From positions 1 to 30,583 of IMG/VR virus record IMGVR_UViG_3300025358_000032: 30,583 nucleotides of DNA, one strand, 5' to 3'. Below are positions 1-10,060 of the stretch, piece by piece. Position numbers and translations under genes: made by a program. The DNA comes from a virus. Lineage: Duplodnaviria; Caudoviricetes. How positions within the stretch are numbered: position 1 is the first letter of the stretch; each line of letters begins with the position of its first letter. A model generated the notes under the pieces. It made no database searches, was not told the origin of the DNA, and saw only the letters and a program-made list of their open reading frames with translations.

Positions 1-1401
1 CATTATTGCTGTCTCTGGTGCAGCATCTTTTATCTTTTTAAATTCATCAGTCCAATCAACGCCTTTAATGTTGCTATCAAATTTACTAGCAGCCCATTGA
101 AACGTTGGTTCTACTAATTGTTGTGCAGTTGTAATTGCACCTAATGCACCAACTTCTACTGCAAAGTTAGCTGCAAGTCTGCCACTTGTGCTACCTATAT
201 TGGTAAGCAAATTGGTTAGACCTGGTACTTTACCTTCTATAAAGTTTCTGCTTACAAACTGTAATGCAGTATCTGGAACCGCAGCAGCAGCACCTACTAA
301 TGCTGCCTTATCTCCATCCATTCCAGATTCACGTAATCTGCGAGAGTTAGCACCTGTACTTGCAGAATATGCTAATGCAATACCGCCAGCATTAGATAAC
401 GCTGCGATTCTTGGTAACATATCAGCAGACTTTAATACTGCTTCACCAATCAAACTAGACGACTTTGCAGGATCTACTTTGCCTGTAAGTACATCTTGTA
501 TCTGATTCTTAATATCGTTTTCTTTATCTTCTTCTCTATATGCCTTGTTAATATCAGATTTAGGATCTAATGCTTCAGGCATAGCTATTGGTGCAAAAAG
601 TCTAGATAGCTGGCTAAATCCTTCAGCAGCATCTACACCTAATTGACCTATACCACGTTCTAAACGTTCTGATACTTTTTGCTCAAATCCTTTTGCTTGT
701 GGTTTAATTCCACGAGAAGCTACAGATAAAACAAACGGAATATTTTCTTTAGGTACGGTTTTAAGATTAGTTACAAATTCTTCGTATGCTGCTTCAGCTT
801 CTTTTTGTTTATCTGGAGCAACACCATTTCTAGCTAATTCAAAATACCTTCTACCTGGATCTATAGCAGCACCATACTTTTGTGCATTATCCTGAAAGTT
901 CTTCCAAGCATCAGATGCAAATTGCTGATACTTATCTACGTGCTCTGGATCGTAACCATCGTGACCTTCAAGTAACTTTTGTTGTGCAGCGTAAGCATCT
1001 GAAAAGTTAGATGTTTTAGTAAATTGATCTGCCATGCCATGAGCCATCTCATTAAGCATGATGTTTTCATTCTTTTCTTGTTTTAATTTACTTTTAGCTA
1101 AACCAAAAAATGTATCGCTATCAACGTGATCCATTTTAAATACCTGCTTAGAATAAGCATCTTGATACAAACCAAGATGATCTGATACTTCTTGTACAGG
1201 TTTGTTAAAACGATCAGCTAAAAATGAGGTTGCAGCTATACGGCGTTGCAACGTTCTTGGCATACCAGTTTGCGATAGATTTTGTTTTATTCTATTTCTA
1301 TCATCTGCTGGTAATTTTGCAGCAAATTGATCGCCTTCTTCAAAAAGGCTATCCATGTTTTGCTTATAAGAATCTGGAAGATCAGTCTCGTTTGTCGTCA
1401 T
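1..1401 (-). CDS. Large internal virion (DNA ejection) protein, N-terminal 467 aa, runs off window edge
   Basis: Missing from the ORF track. I translated ATG at 1401 (MTTNETDLPDSYKQNMDSLF...) with no stop down to position 1. It overlaps the end of the upstream gene, is Ala/Gly-rich with a hydrophobic central stretch, and is the third gene after the tail-B/GNAT pair, as in podovirus ejection-protein order. Confidence 0.75.
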   Translation of the reverse strand, partial: MTTNETDLPDSYKQNMDSLFEEGDQFAAKLPADDRNRIKQNLSQTGMPRTLQRRIAATSFLADRFNKPVQEVSDHLGLYQDAYSKQVFKMDHVDSDTFFGLAKSKLKQEKNENIMLNEMAHGMADQFTKTSNFSDAYAAQQKLLEGHDGYDPEHVDKYQQFASDAWKNFQDNAQKYGAAIDPGRRYFELARNGVAPDKQKEAEAAYEEFVTNLKTVPKENIPFVLSVASRGIKPQAKGFEQKVSERLERGIGQLGVDAAEGFSQLSRLFAPIAMPEALDPKSDINKAYREEDKENDIKNQIQDVLTGKVDPAKSSSLIGEAVLKSADMLPRIAALSNAGGIALAYSASTGANSRRLRESGMDGDKAALVGAAAAVPDTALQFVSRNFIEGKVPGLTNLLTNIGSTSGRLAANFAVEVGALGAITTAQQLVEPTFQWAASKFDSNIKGVDWTDEFKKIKDAAPETAIM

Positions 1402-2821
1402 AACCTGTTACTTCTCCAGAATCTTGTTTAATTGCTCTACCTGTATCTTTACTAACAGGCATTATAGAATTTACAGTAGCAGGTGATGCAGATTGTGTAT
1501 CAACAAATTCTATCTGTTGTTGTACAGTTGCACTAGGATTTTGTTTTCTAAATTGTTCTAAATTAGCACCAATAATAGAAAAAGCCTTTGCTGCATTTCT
1601 AGCTTGTGCTTCATTTGCTGGTTTGCCTTTGACCATCGATATGTTTCCAAGCAATCCTTTGTTATAAATCGCAGAAAGATATTTAGTAGCAGCAACTCCG
1701 TTTTCTGTAGAATCAGGTTTCTGATTATACATTTTGTTTAATTGTTGTCTTAGAAATTGTTGTTCGCTACCAGAGTATGCAAGTAACTTTGTGCTTAATT
1801 CAGCAAAGTTTGTATTCTTTGGATCATCTTCCCTTGAATACATATTAATCTGTGTAAGCAAATCAGCATATTTAATTTGGTGATTTGGATCAGGAGTTAA
1901 GCGATTACGTTCTTGTTTAATGTACTTTGCTTCACTGGCTTTGATAACGTTGCTTTTAACTAAGCCATCTATTTCTTTATCGCCTACAACTTCACCTGAT
2001 TGCATACGCTTAATAATATCGTCTGTTTGCTGTACACGATATTTGTTGGCTGCAATTTCTGCTTTGTTAATTAACTGTATTCTATCAGATGGCGACATCT
2101 CAGGTAGATTTTTATATACCTTAAATCCATCTTTATCTTTAACATCGTTACCGTCTTTATCTTTTACGGTTTCTTTTAACCAATCTACGCTTTCTATTGG
2201 TTGTTGATTAATACGAGCATCAGTCATGTTTCTGTATGCCGTAGTTTTAATATTTTCAAATTCAGATTCTTTTTGTTCTTTTGATAAAGCGTGATTATCT
2301 ACAGCATACTGTAATGCTGCTTCAGCAGATGTAAGATCACCTTTATTTGCATAAGATTGTGCAGTAGTTAAAGCGTGTAATTTAGTGTTACTTGCTTGCT
2401 GAAGTAATTGACCCATTTTTACTTCGCTGCCTGTTTTTACATTCCAAAGCTCAAGTTTGTTGGTCAGTAATTTTCTCGTTTCATTATCAATATTGGGATC
2501 AGATAGAACTTGGTTTTTTGTAATTTGAACCATTTGTTCATGCTGATTTTCCCAATCATTAGAATCTGGCATATCTTTCAGTTTTGCTCTGAAATCATCC
2601 ATATTCCTAGTCATAGCTATATCCGCTTTGAATACAGCATCTGCCTGTCTATTTTCTTTGATTTTTTGACCTACCTGAGAAAACAAATCACTTGCTGTTG
2701 CACCTGCACCTGCGAGCAATTTACCAGAGGCCATTGCAGCTTCACGAAATGGGCCAGCGTCAATCTTAACACCTGATGTTGGTGTTTGAACTTCAGATCC
2801 TTGTACAATAGGTAAAGCCAT
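1382..2821 (-). CDS. Internal virion protein (T7 gp15-like position), likely start MALPIVQG
   Basis: Helical, Q/K/A-rich ~479 aa ORF. The ATG at 2821 lies 4 nt after the upstream stop, better than the 2905 start that overlaps the previous gene. Function is from synteny only. Confidence 0.65.
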   Translation of the reverse strand: MALPIVQGSEVQTPTSGVKIDAGPFREAAMASGKLLAGAGATASDLFSQVGQKIKENRQADAVFKADIAMTRNMDDFRAKLKDMPDSNDWENQHEQMVQITKNQVLSDPNIDNETRKLLTNKLELWNVKTGSEVKMGQLLQQASNTKLHALTTAQSYANKGDLTSAEAALQYAVDNHALSKEQKESEFENIKTTAYRNMTDARINQQPIESVDWLKETVKDKDGNDVKDKDGFKVYKNLPEMSPSDRIQLINKAEIAANKYRVQQTDDIIKRMQSGEVVGDKEIDGLVKSNVIKASEAKYIKQERNRLTPDPNHQIKYADLLTQINMYSREDDPKNTNFAELSTKLLAYSGSEQQFLRQQLNKMYNQKPDSTENGVAATKYLSAIYNKGLLGNISMVKGKPANEAQARNAAKAFSIIGANLEQFRKQNPSATVQQQIEFVDTQSASPATVNSIMPVSKDTGRAIKQDSGEVTGYDDKRD

Positions 2822-2825
2822 AAAA

Positions 2826-3407
2826 TCAACCTCCGCCTCCTGTTTCCATTGCACTGTATGCTTCTGCTGTATCTGGTACTCCACCGCCAGCAGGTGTACC
2901 TGCACCTAAACCACCACCAAAAGCCATAAATGCCATACCTGCCATTTTAGCAGCACCGTCTATTAAGGCTAAATTACCAGCAGTACGATCTGCTTTAGCA
3001 CGAGCTTGACCTTCAGCAATACCAATAGCTGCTTGTGAATATAAAGACTGTTGTTTCTGTTGTGCGTTAACGTATTCTTGTTGGATCTTTTGTTCCATAC
3101 GACCTGCGTTAACTATCTGTGCATGAAGTGGAGATGCAGATGTTGATAGCACACCTGCTGCTGCATAAGACGCTGCCTGTTGTGAAAGATAAACTGCATC
3201 TTCCTGACGCTGCGTGCGTATGTTTTGCAGTGTATCTAAATCTATCTGTTGTGCTTGTACACGATCAACTTGAGCGTTGTGTTGTGCAGTTGCTATATCT
3301 ACGGCTGCTGCCGACCGACTAGCTTTATATTGACCGTATGCACTTATGCCAGTAGCTACGGCTGAAGCTCCTGCAAAGATTGCTGGTAATGCTGGTGCTA
3401 TAGGCAT
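2826..3407 (-). CDS. Small internal virion protein (T7 gp14-like position)
   Basis: 193 aa, Ala/Gln-rich, hydrophobic N-terminus (AIFAGASAVATGISAYGQY), 'QQAASYAAAGV' segment and Gly-rich C-terminus typical of podovirus ejection proteins. Confidence 0.7.
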   Translation of the reverse strand: MPIAPALPAIFAGASAVATGISAYGQYKASRSAAAVDIATAQHNAQVDRVQAQQIDLDTLQNIRTQRQEDAVYLSQQAASYAAAGVLSTSASPLHAQIVNAGRMEQKIQQEYVNAQQKQQSLYSQAAIGIAEGQARAKADRTAGNLALIDGAAKMAGMAFMAFGGGLGAGTPAGGGVPDTAEAYSAMETGGGG

Positions 3408-3409
3408 AA

Positions 3410-3817
3410 TTATTTAGGACGGCTTTTTCCGTAAGTTACATGAGGTTCGCCTTGTAAATCAATATAGCCATCTTTAGCCATGATTCTGGATTCCCCCGAA
3501 TTAGGTTTAACAAATGATAATACGCAGGGACTACCATTGTCCCATGCAATTTTCTCTAAATGAGAGTAAAGTGCTTTTACTGCTTTAACTAAATCCTTTG
3601 ATAATTTTGCTACAGGATTAGTCGTGGTAAACTCAATTACTGAGATGCCACCAATTACACAATAAAGAAAACTTGCTGCTACTGGGTTGCCATCAACTTC
3701 AGCAATAAAACCAGTTGCAGGTAAAAATACTTCTGGAGGCATAACACCAACGCCATGAACTTCCCACCATGACCTGATCATGTTGTAATCTTCTGAACTG
3801 TAAGGTCTAATGGTCAT
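3410..3817 (-). CDS. GNAT-like acetyltransferase (T7 gp13-like position)
   Basis: MTIRPY..EDY..I..WW start, 'GFIAEVDGNPVAASFLY' strands and terminal 'MAKDGY' resemble a GNAT fold; sits directly after tail tubular B. Confidence 0.6.
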   Translation of the reverse strand: MTIRPYSSEDYNMIRSWWEVHGVGVMPPEVFLPATGFIAEVDGNPVAASFLYCVIGGISVIEFTTTNPVAKLSKDLVKAVKALYSHLEKIAWDNGSPCVLSFVKPNSGESRIMAKDGYIDLQGEPHVTYGKSRPK

Positions 3818-6800
3818 GGCGTAGCTATTACCTCGTACTTAATAATAACGGCTAATACGGTCAACGGCAATGCGTCAGAACCTGTAACTATGATAATAGG
3901 GTCAGTATCAGGTGTCAGGTTTAACTGAGGCGTTATACGTATATCGGTAGGTGTACTGATAAAATTAGACTGTGGGCTAGCAAATGGATTAGCCAAGTTA
4001 CCATAAGGTATAGGTACTGGTAAGGCTAAATAACCGCCATAAGGCTTCCAGTTGGTAGGATCTGAAGGCGGTGGTACTGCACTAGCTACCCCAGTGGTTA
4101 TAACCTGATAATAGACCCCATTATAGCTAACTTGTGATCCTTGGCTATAAGGTTGTAGGCTAATCCAAGCTGCTGGGCCAGATGCTTTGTTTGCTATGTT
4201 ACCGCCTAAACTGTTCCAAACCCTTATAAATACATCAGAGATTTGCTTTACAAGCCCTTGAGTGTTGCCAGCCCTAGCATCACTATCATAACGCATAGCT
4301 TGGGCCGTATAAGTAATAGGAAGGCCAACGTTGACCACGCTAGGACTTGTAGCGTATGGAATCGTTATTGTTCCATAATCAGAACTTGTATAACCCACCT
4401 GTATGGGTCCAAAAGCATAACCATCTGCCAAGCCCACAACCCAACGACCAGCAAGGTTCCCAAGGCCAGAAACCACGTTTGACACATTGTTTGTGACTGT
4501 GATTCCTGAGTCCACGTAAAAGGCATCACTAACATTAGCCACTGAGTTATTTGGTGCAGAACTCCATTCTTGCTCCCAGTTGTTTGGGTTGATTCGTTCA
4601 ATGTAGTTTTGTCCATAAGTATATGGAGCTACGCCTAACCAATTAGTATGATCGTGATCTGGCGGTGTATTAGATTGTACCGAGTAATTAGGTGCAGGAG
4701 CTATACAAACATAGTTATTGCCGTTATAGCTTACCATGTTGTTAAAGGCATAAACATCACGGTTAGAATAATAACGTGTGCCATTATTCCAAAGCGGTGG
4801 TGTAGTATAACGATTAGCTACTACCCAGACTTCATCGTCTGCATATCCTTTACCGTAAACAACAGCAACTGATTGAAAACCAACGTCAGGTGTATTAAAA
4901 TCAGGAGTATTGCTATTAGTACCTGTAGTATGCCTATGCCAGCCAAATACATTTTGCTCCATTTCATAGGTCATACCGCATAGCTGACCTTGCTGTGTAA
5001 CAGCCCATAACTCGCTTTGACCATGCCACATTGGTTGATAGTCTAGCTGTACTATTCCTGTATTAAATAAATGACTGGAATAAGTAGTTAGGCTTTGGCT
5101 CATGTATTTCTCAGTATAAACCGAGAATAACATCTGCCTTATTTGATTAGCCTGACGTTGTAGGAATAAAACGCCATCACCTACGACTAATGGATTAACG
5201 CCAAAAATAGAACCCCATGTGGAATGTTCTGTAGCTGAAATTGATGTTGGTGTAATAGCACCACCTGTAGATGAACCAGCAGAACCAGCACCGCCATTGA
5301 CTACCCATTCAGCACCAGAGAATCCTGCAAATAAATTGTTTTGTGCTACAAGCCAAACTATAGGACCACGACCTGGTGCGTTGAGATCAAATGCAAAAGA
5401 ATCTGTAGCTTGTGTTTGATCACCTAGAGCGAAATTTTCAATGTCGTTGGTGACGCTGCCCCATATACGTTGCGGTTGGTAGGCGGACGAGGCATATATA
5501 ATGCGTTGCTGATATGAGGCAACTGCCTGTGGGTATCCACGATAGTCCGACCAAGCACCTTCGCTCCAGTATTCTGTAGTTGGACCTTCTGGGGACCAAT
5601 GAGTGCTGTCGGCTGGAGGGACCGTGCTGCTCGTAACGTTGGAAATACAGACGAAGTTTTGAGAGCCATAATTGACTACAGTACCAGTAGTGTAAGCAGT
5701 ACCAGATACCCATAATGCAGCTAGTGGTGCGTTATCATAAAGCTGCTGAATTACATTAGCTGTAGCCGTATATGGTCCTGTAACACCTGTAATTTGAACT
5801 AAACCATATAAGAACCCATCTTCAGCTTCTAATACGATACGTGGGTTTGTAGCACCTGCTGTTGTAGGTGCACTAGAACTTAAAACATTAATTCTAAATA
5901 AAGCAGGTTCTTGTGCCGTACCTGTAATATCTACGTTACGATCAGATGCACCAGATACGCTACGTACTGCATCCCATGTTTGACCGCCATCCATCGATCT
6001 TTCGATGTTAAATTGTGCGTTCCATACGCCGTATGTGTGTGCTTCCCAAGCACCATAGATTTCTATTTGCTGAGAATAACCTATAGGAAACGGTGCTGAA
6101 GGTGTTGATGCGTCTATTTCAACAGATGATGAACTACGAAGTGTAGCAATTTGCCAATAAGAATTAACATGGCCTTGATTGCTACCACTAGGAGCTTGGA
6201 ATATAGTTACTAATTCCCAAAGCCCAGCAGCTAAATCAGCAGGAAAACTTGGCGATGAATTGTTTTGTATTAAACATTGATAGATATTACCGCCATTAGA
6301 AACGGTATTGCCTACCTCATAAAAATTATATGAAGTCCAAGCTGGTGCATTAGCCGTTAAAGTAATAGCACCACTGGTTGAACTTGCTGTTAAAGTAGTC
6401 TGATTTGCGTTCTGATCTAACAATGCAGGCGTTAAAAACTGCACTTCTTTCATTACCCAATCAGTATCTGAATAACGTGTCAGACTATAAACTGGGTAAT
6501 CAGGATGCGTAATATACATTACGTCATTAACCTGACAGAAAGCTAACTTCCAAATATCTGTTGAATATGGAGAGGCAGTTAAACCAATGTTATTAGTCGT
6601 GTATGATGCCTGATATGGTGAAGGAACTTCTAAAATAGTCTGCTGAATAAAACGACTTGGCTGGTAAACAGGATCTACAGGAGCATAACCAGCAATAGTA
6701 ACATAATAAATTAAACTATTAGTTGGTGATGTAATATAAGAACCTGCTGCGTATGCAGTAGATTGTCCTGCTGTACCAGTTCCTGTACCTGCGTTAGTTG

Positions 6801-7287
6801 CAGTAAAGGCAATACCAACTGTGTTACTAGCAGCACCACACAATGTAAAATCGGTAGTACCTATTGATTCAATTACGTAAACTACACCTACGTTGAAGTT
6901 ACCTGCGGTGATTATTGTATCAGCAGGGTCTGCCCATACTGGAGCAGAGCTTACGTTAACTTGCTGACCGTTGCTATAAAAACGTATGTATTCGTGACCA
7001 AATTCTAAAATGAATGTTGTGTCAGGACTATAGATAAACTTTTCAAGCCTTGTGGCATAATTGGTAATTGTTGTTACGCCACCAACTGTATGCGAATATG
7101 AACCAGATTTAGCAGCAGCAATAAACTGTGTCCCAGGTCTCCTAGTGACTGGTCCCTGTTTATAAGGGATCATGTTCACCATCTGCCTAGATGCTGCTCT
7201 ATATTTCTCTTGGTCAACTCGTGCGTCTAGCTTTGGGCTAAACTCACCACCAGCGAAACTAATTTGGCTGTCGATTGATTTAGCCAT
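3814..7287 (-). CDS. Tail tubular protein B / nozzle with inserted CBM-like modules (likely start MAKSIDSQ)
   Basis: N-terminal 'QISFAGGEFSPKLDARVD...GPVTRRPGTQF', 'LEFGHEYIRFY', 'GYPQAVASYQQRI', 'GWHRH' and C-terminal 'LPLTVLAV' motifs are characteristic of podovirus tail tubular B. Confidence 0.85.
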   Translation of the reverse strand: MAKSIDSQISFAGGEFSPKLDARVDQEKYRAASRQMVNMIPYKQGPVTRRPGTQFIAAAKSGSYSHTVGGVTTITNYATRLEKFIYSPDTTFILEFGHEYIRFYSNGQQVNVSSAPVWADPADTIITAGNFNVGVVYVIESIGTTDFTLCGAASNTVGIAFTATNAGTGTGTAGQSTAYAAGSYITSPTNSLIYYVTIAGYAPVDPVYQPSRFIQQTILEVPSPYQASYTTNNIGLTASPYSTDIWKLAFCQVNDVMYITHPDYPVYSLTRYSDTDWVMKEVQFLTPALLDQNANQTTLTASSTSGAITLTANAPAWTSYNFYEVGNTVSNGGNIYQCLIQNNSSPSFPADLAAGLWELVTIFQAPSGSNQGHVNSYWQIATLRSSSSVEIDASTPSAPFPIGYSQQIEIYGAWEAHTYGVWNAQFNIERSMDGGQTWDAVRSVSGASDRNVDITGTAQEPALFRINVLSSSAPTTAGATNPRIVLEAEDGFLYGLVQITGVTGPYTATANVIQQLYDNAPLAALWVSGTAYTTGTVVNYGSQNFVCISNVTSSTVPPADSTHWSPEGPTTEYWSEGAWSDYRGYPQAVASYQQRIIYASSAYQPQRIWGSVTNDIENFALGDQTQATDSFAFDLNAPGRGPIVWLVAQNNLFAGFSGAEWVVNGGAGSAGSSTGGAITPTSISATEHSTWGSIFGVNPLVVGDGVLFLQRQANQIRQMLFSVYTEKYMSQSLTTYSSHLFNTGIVQLDYQPMWHGQSELWAVTQQGQLCGMTYEMEQNVFGWHRHTTGTNSNTPDFNTPDVGFQSVAVVYGKGYADDEVWVVANRYTTPPLWNNGTRYYSNRDVYAFNNMVSYNGNNYVCIAPAPNYSVQSNTPPDHDHTNWLGVAPYTYGQNYIERINPNNWEQEWSSAPNNSVANVSDAFYVDSGITVTNNVSNVVSGLGNLAGRWVVGLADGYAFGPIQVGYTSSDYGTITIPYATSPSVVNVGLPITYTAQAMRYDSDARAGNTQGLVKQISDVFIRVWNSLGGNIANKASGPAAWISLQPYSQGSQVSYNGVYYQVITTGVASAVPPPSDPTNWKPYGGYLALPVPIPYGNLANPFASPQSNFISTPTDIRITPQLNLTPDTDPIIIVTGSDALPLTVLAVIIKYEVIATP

Positions 7288-8125
7288 TGATAAAGTACCA
7301 GCGTGCTGCAACGAAGCGTGAGGAATTTACAGGAGTGAAACGTACAGGCAATCTTTCGCCTGCGTTCTTGGTCATAGCATGAGACAATGTTTGCTTATAA
7401 ATAGCGAGCATTGCTTCTTCCATTCTACCGCCATCTTGACGTAATGGTGTAGCAATATTTGAAGCTAGTTTATAAGTAACACAATCTACAAAAAGTGGAT
7501 CCCAACGTGTAGTATCTTGATTGTTTGATACGTACTTAATTGAGGTCTGTTGAGTATTTGTGAATATTAACTGACCGTTAATTTCATACTCATCTGAATC
7601 CATATTACCATAGGTTTCATCGTTTGATCCTTGGTTTACTGAATCAAGTAATATGAAGTCACTAGGAAGAGCGAAAGCGTAAGGCCAACCACTAGGATAA
7701 CTGGATCCGTCTGGATACCCACCGAACGCATTGTAGTCTGGGTAGTCCGCTTGGACGAGAACACCTGTTGTAAGATCGTTAGTAAAATTACCTGTCGAAG
7801 TGTAAGCGTACTCAGTAGTGTAAATGGCGTTGCCATAAGATAAATAAACGTTGGCAGCGTATGATGTATAAGGTGCCCAAGGTATTGATGGAGGCGTTGG
7901 TGCTGTAGATGGTAAAGGAAGCTGTGGCACTTCATTTAGTACCGCAGTCGTAAGCAAACAATTCCAACGAGTAGCACGAGCTACTGACTCAAATGCTATT
8001 TGAAAATTACTGTTACAAACAATCGCAGACGGATTGGTAAGATCGGTAAGTGATTGGATAGATTGTGCACCAATCTTTGCTAAAGCTAGGTTAGCAATAT
8101 CCGTAGGTGATAATGTTGTAAACAT
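7280..8125 (-). CDS. Tail tubular protein A / adaptor
   Basis: 'DIANLALAKIGAQSIQSL', 'RWNC', 'WPYAFALPSDF', 'WDPLFVDCVTYKLASNIA' match the tail tubular A pattern; contains one CBM-like insert. Confidence 0.85.
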   Translation of the reverse strand: MFTTLSPTDIANLALAKIGAQSIQSLTDLTNPSAIVCNSNFQIAFESVARATRWNCLLTTAVLNEVPQLPLPSTAPTPPSIPWAPYTSYAANVYLSYGNAIYTTEYAYTSTGNFTNDLTTGVLVQADYPDYNAFGGYPDGSSYPSGWPYAFALPSDFILLDSVNQGSNDETYGNMDSDEYEINGQLIFTNTQQTSIKYVSNNQDTTRWDPLFVDCVTYKLASNIATPLRQDGGRMEEAMLAIYKQTLSHAMTKNAGERLPVRFTPVNSSRFVAARWYFING

Positions 8126-8132
8126 AGAAAGT

Positions 8133-8174
8133 AAAAAGCCCGATAGTCACGTCGCCACAACGCAACTATCGGGC
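8133..8174 (-). terminator. Intrinsic terminator after the capsid/decoration genes
   Basis: Minus strand GCCCGAUAGU-UGCGU-loop-ACGUG-ACUAUCGGGC followed by UUUUU, just before the tail A start; same position as the T7 Tphi terminator. Confidence 0.8.
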
Positions 8175-8205
8175 AGGTTTTAATTACGTCAAACCACTAA
8201 CCCAA

Positions 8206-8910
8206 TTAGTTATTGGCGATTGTATCGAAGCGGAAGGCGATTGTAGCACCTGCTGCTGGAGTGACCAGAGTAGATACTAAAGCCTGTAGCCAGCAATCTT
8301 CTGATACGTAGTAATTTGTCTGACCGTTCAGATTACCACCGTTTGAAGATACATTAGCGTTAGCTGATGCAATGCTTACAGCAGTTGAATAGCGTGAGCT
8401 ATTTGCTTGCCAGTGTGTTGAATCTGAGTGAGGAGCAGTCGAACCACTTACGGCAGAGATACATGTATATGTTGCATAAGCTGGAGTAGCTGTTGCATCT
8501 AATACTACTGCACCTACTGCATACGAAGTGCCTGATACCCAAGTTGGAGCTTGGATTACGACGTTCGTATTTGGAAGGACCATTGGATTTACGATAGGTA
8601 AAGTTGTTACTAAACCTTGATCGTTATCGCCGATTGCTACGGTGAAAGTCGCACCAGGAGCTGTTGCACCTGTTGAGATATGACCGTTAGGGTCAAGAGA
8701 TTGACCCGAGTTTAACAATGCAATGTTGATGATGTCGCCAGCAGCTTCACTACCTGTCATTGTGTAGACAGCAGTGATTTTGCTTAGACCTTCAAGCGTT
8801 GGATTGTTTTGTGTGCCAGGTTGAGGAGTTAACATTCCAAGACCTGATTGGCCTGGGAAGTTTACGCCTTGTTGCTGATTTGTTGCTACGTCTGTGTACC
8901 AGATAGCCAT
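8206..8910 (-). CDS. Probable capsid decoration/cement protein with CBM-like insert
   Basis: Directly after the major capsid gene and before the terminator; beta-rich (T/A/G/V), 'AAGDIINIALL'; carries a WVSGTSYAVG...STHW module. Confidence 0.6.
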   Translation of the reverse strand: MAIWYTDVATNQQQGVNFPGQSGLGMLTPQPGTQNNPTLEGLSKITAVYTMTGSEAAGDIINIALLNSGQSLDPNGHISTGATAPGATFTVAIGDNDQGLVTTLPIVNPMVLPNTNVVIQAPTWVSGTSYAVGAVVLDATATPAYATYTCISAVSGSTAPHSDSTHWQANSSRYSTAVSIASANANVSSNGGNLNGQTNYYVSEDCWLQALVSTLVTPAAGATIAFRFDTIANN

Positions 8911-8934
8911 GTTAGTTATCTCCTATGTTAAGGG

Positions 8935-9849
8935 TTATACGGATTCGTCGCAATTTACTTGGACGACACCCTTTTCTTCTAAGCGAGTAGCATCCATTAA
9001 AAGTGCAGTACGCACTTGAATTGCATGGCTTTGCATTGGAAGAATATCGATGTGTGTACGTACATCTTCGCCAATACCCATTAAGAGGAAGTCTTTTTGG
9101 TAAGCGACGCAGGTACGGATTGTTGTTGAACCAGCTTGGTAAGGAACCAACTGAGTACGAACGAAATGGAAGCCCATGAAGTCACGGATCATACCGTCAC
9201 GTAGAGCACGCACATCGTTATAAAGTACGCTGTTAACTTGATCAACGTTTGTGATTAAGTTGTTTAATTGCTTTGCAGAATAAACAAATACACGGCCCTC
9301 TTCTTTAACGTCATTGCTATCCATGATATAGGATGTTTGCGTTAATTTAGCGAGCTGTAAACCTGAGTTTGCAGAGCCTGATCCATAAGTAACACCAACT
9401 TGCTGTGTTGAAGGCAGCGTTGTAGCTGTTGTTCCTTGAGCACCAGTATAGTTTGTGCCTAATAGAGCATTGATAAGAATAATATCCTTCTGTCTGTTAG
9501 CAGCGATAGCGTGTTGCTTTGCTGTTGGAGACTGTGGGTCAGGGAGCTGACCAAGAAGGATATGATCGAAGTAGTCGATCCAAGTTGTTTTATCGTAAGG
9601 ACGAGGACGTACCCAACGGAAAAACGTAGGAATGTCAGATGGTTCACTCTTTTGAGCACGAGCAGTGATCTGACGCAGAGCGTAAGATTGATCACCGATT
9701 TGATCGTATCTCTTTTGATTACCATTTACATTGTCTGAAGTGTACATCCCTGCGAGACGGTGATCGACCTGTTGGGCCATGATTTCACGCCAAATGTCGT
9801 CGAACGCTGTCTCGTAATGGGGAGGTAGTGAGAATATTGCACCAGCCAT
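8935..9849 (-). CDS. Major capsid protein (likely start MAGAIFSLPP)
   Basis: ~304 aa with 'QQVDHRL', 'AANRQKDIILINAL', 'VRALRDGMIRDFMGFHF' and 'ATRLEEKGVVQVNCDES', resembling the BPP-1-like capsid family. The in-frame upstream extension to 9936 overlaps a structured leader and is probably untranslated. Confidence 0.9.
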   Translation of the reverse strand: MAGAIFSLPPHYETAFDDIWREIMAQQVDHRLAGMYTSDNVNGNQKRYDQIGDQSYALRQITARAQKSEPSDIPTFFRWVRPRPYDKTTWIDYFDHILLGQLPDPQSPTAKQHAIAANRQKDIILINALLGTNYTGAQGTTATTLPSTQQVGVTYGSGSANSGLQLAKLTQTSYIMDSNDVKEEGRVFVYSAKQLNNLITNVDQVNSVLYNDVRALRDGMIRDFMGFHFVRTQLVPYQAGSTTIRTCVAYQKDFLLMGIGEDVRTHIDILPMQSHAIQVRTALLMDATRLEEKGVVQVNCDESV

Positions 9850-9995
9850 GAGAGTATTATAATTGAGGTTTTGTACAGCGATATGCCGTACGGATTGTAC
9901 GTTCGCTCCTCGGTTGTCCCAAATGGGATCGATCATCGAACACTATTGTTCGACAAATGATCGGGTCAGCTTTCGCTGGTTCTCCTCTGTTCGTC
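9850..9995 (-). promoter_or_regulatory. Structured 5' leader of the capsid gene
   Basis: Three adjacent hairpins: CAGC-GAAA-GCUG, CGAUCA..UCGAACA-AUAG-UGUUCGA-UGAUCG and CCCA-UU-UGGG. The first and third share an A(G/C)AAC internal-loop strand. Confidence 0.6.
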
Positions 9996-10004
9996 TTTGG
10001 GCAT

Positions 10005-10036
10005 AAAAAAGCACCTGACCGTTAAGTCAAGTGCTT
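10005..10036 (-). terminator. Intrinsic terminator upstream of the capsid leader
   Basis: AGCACUUGAC-UUAACG-GUCAGGUGCU followed by U5; contains TTGACT (possible -35 box of a capsid promoter). Confidence 0.7.
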
Positions 10037-10060
10037 AGTATCATGAACTAAAGAAACAGA

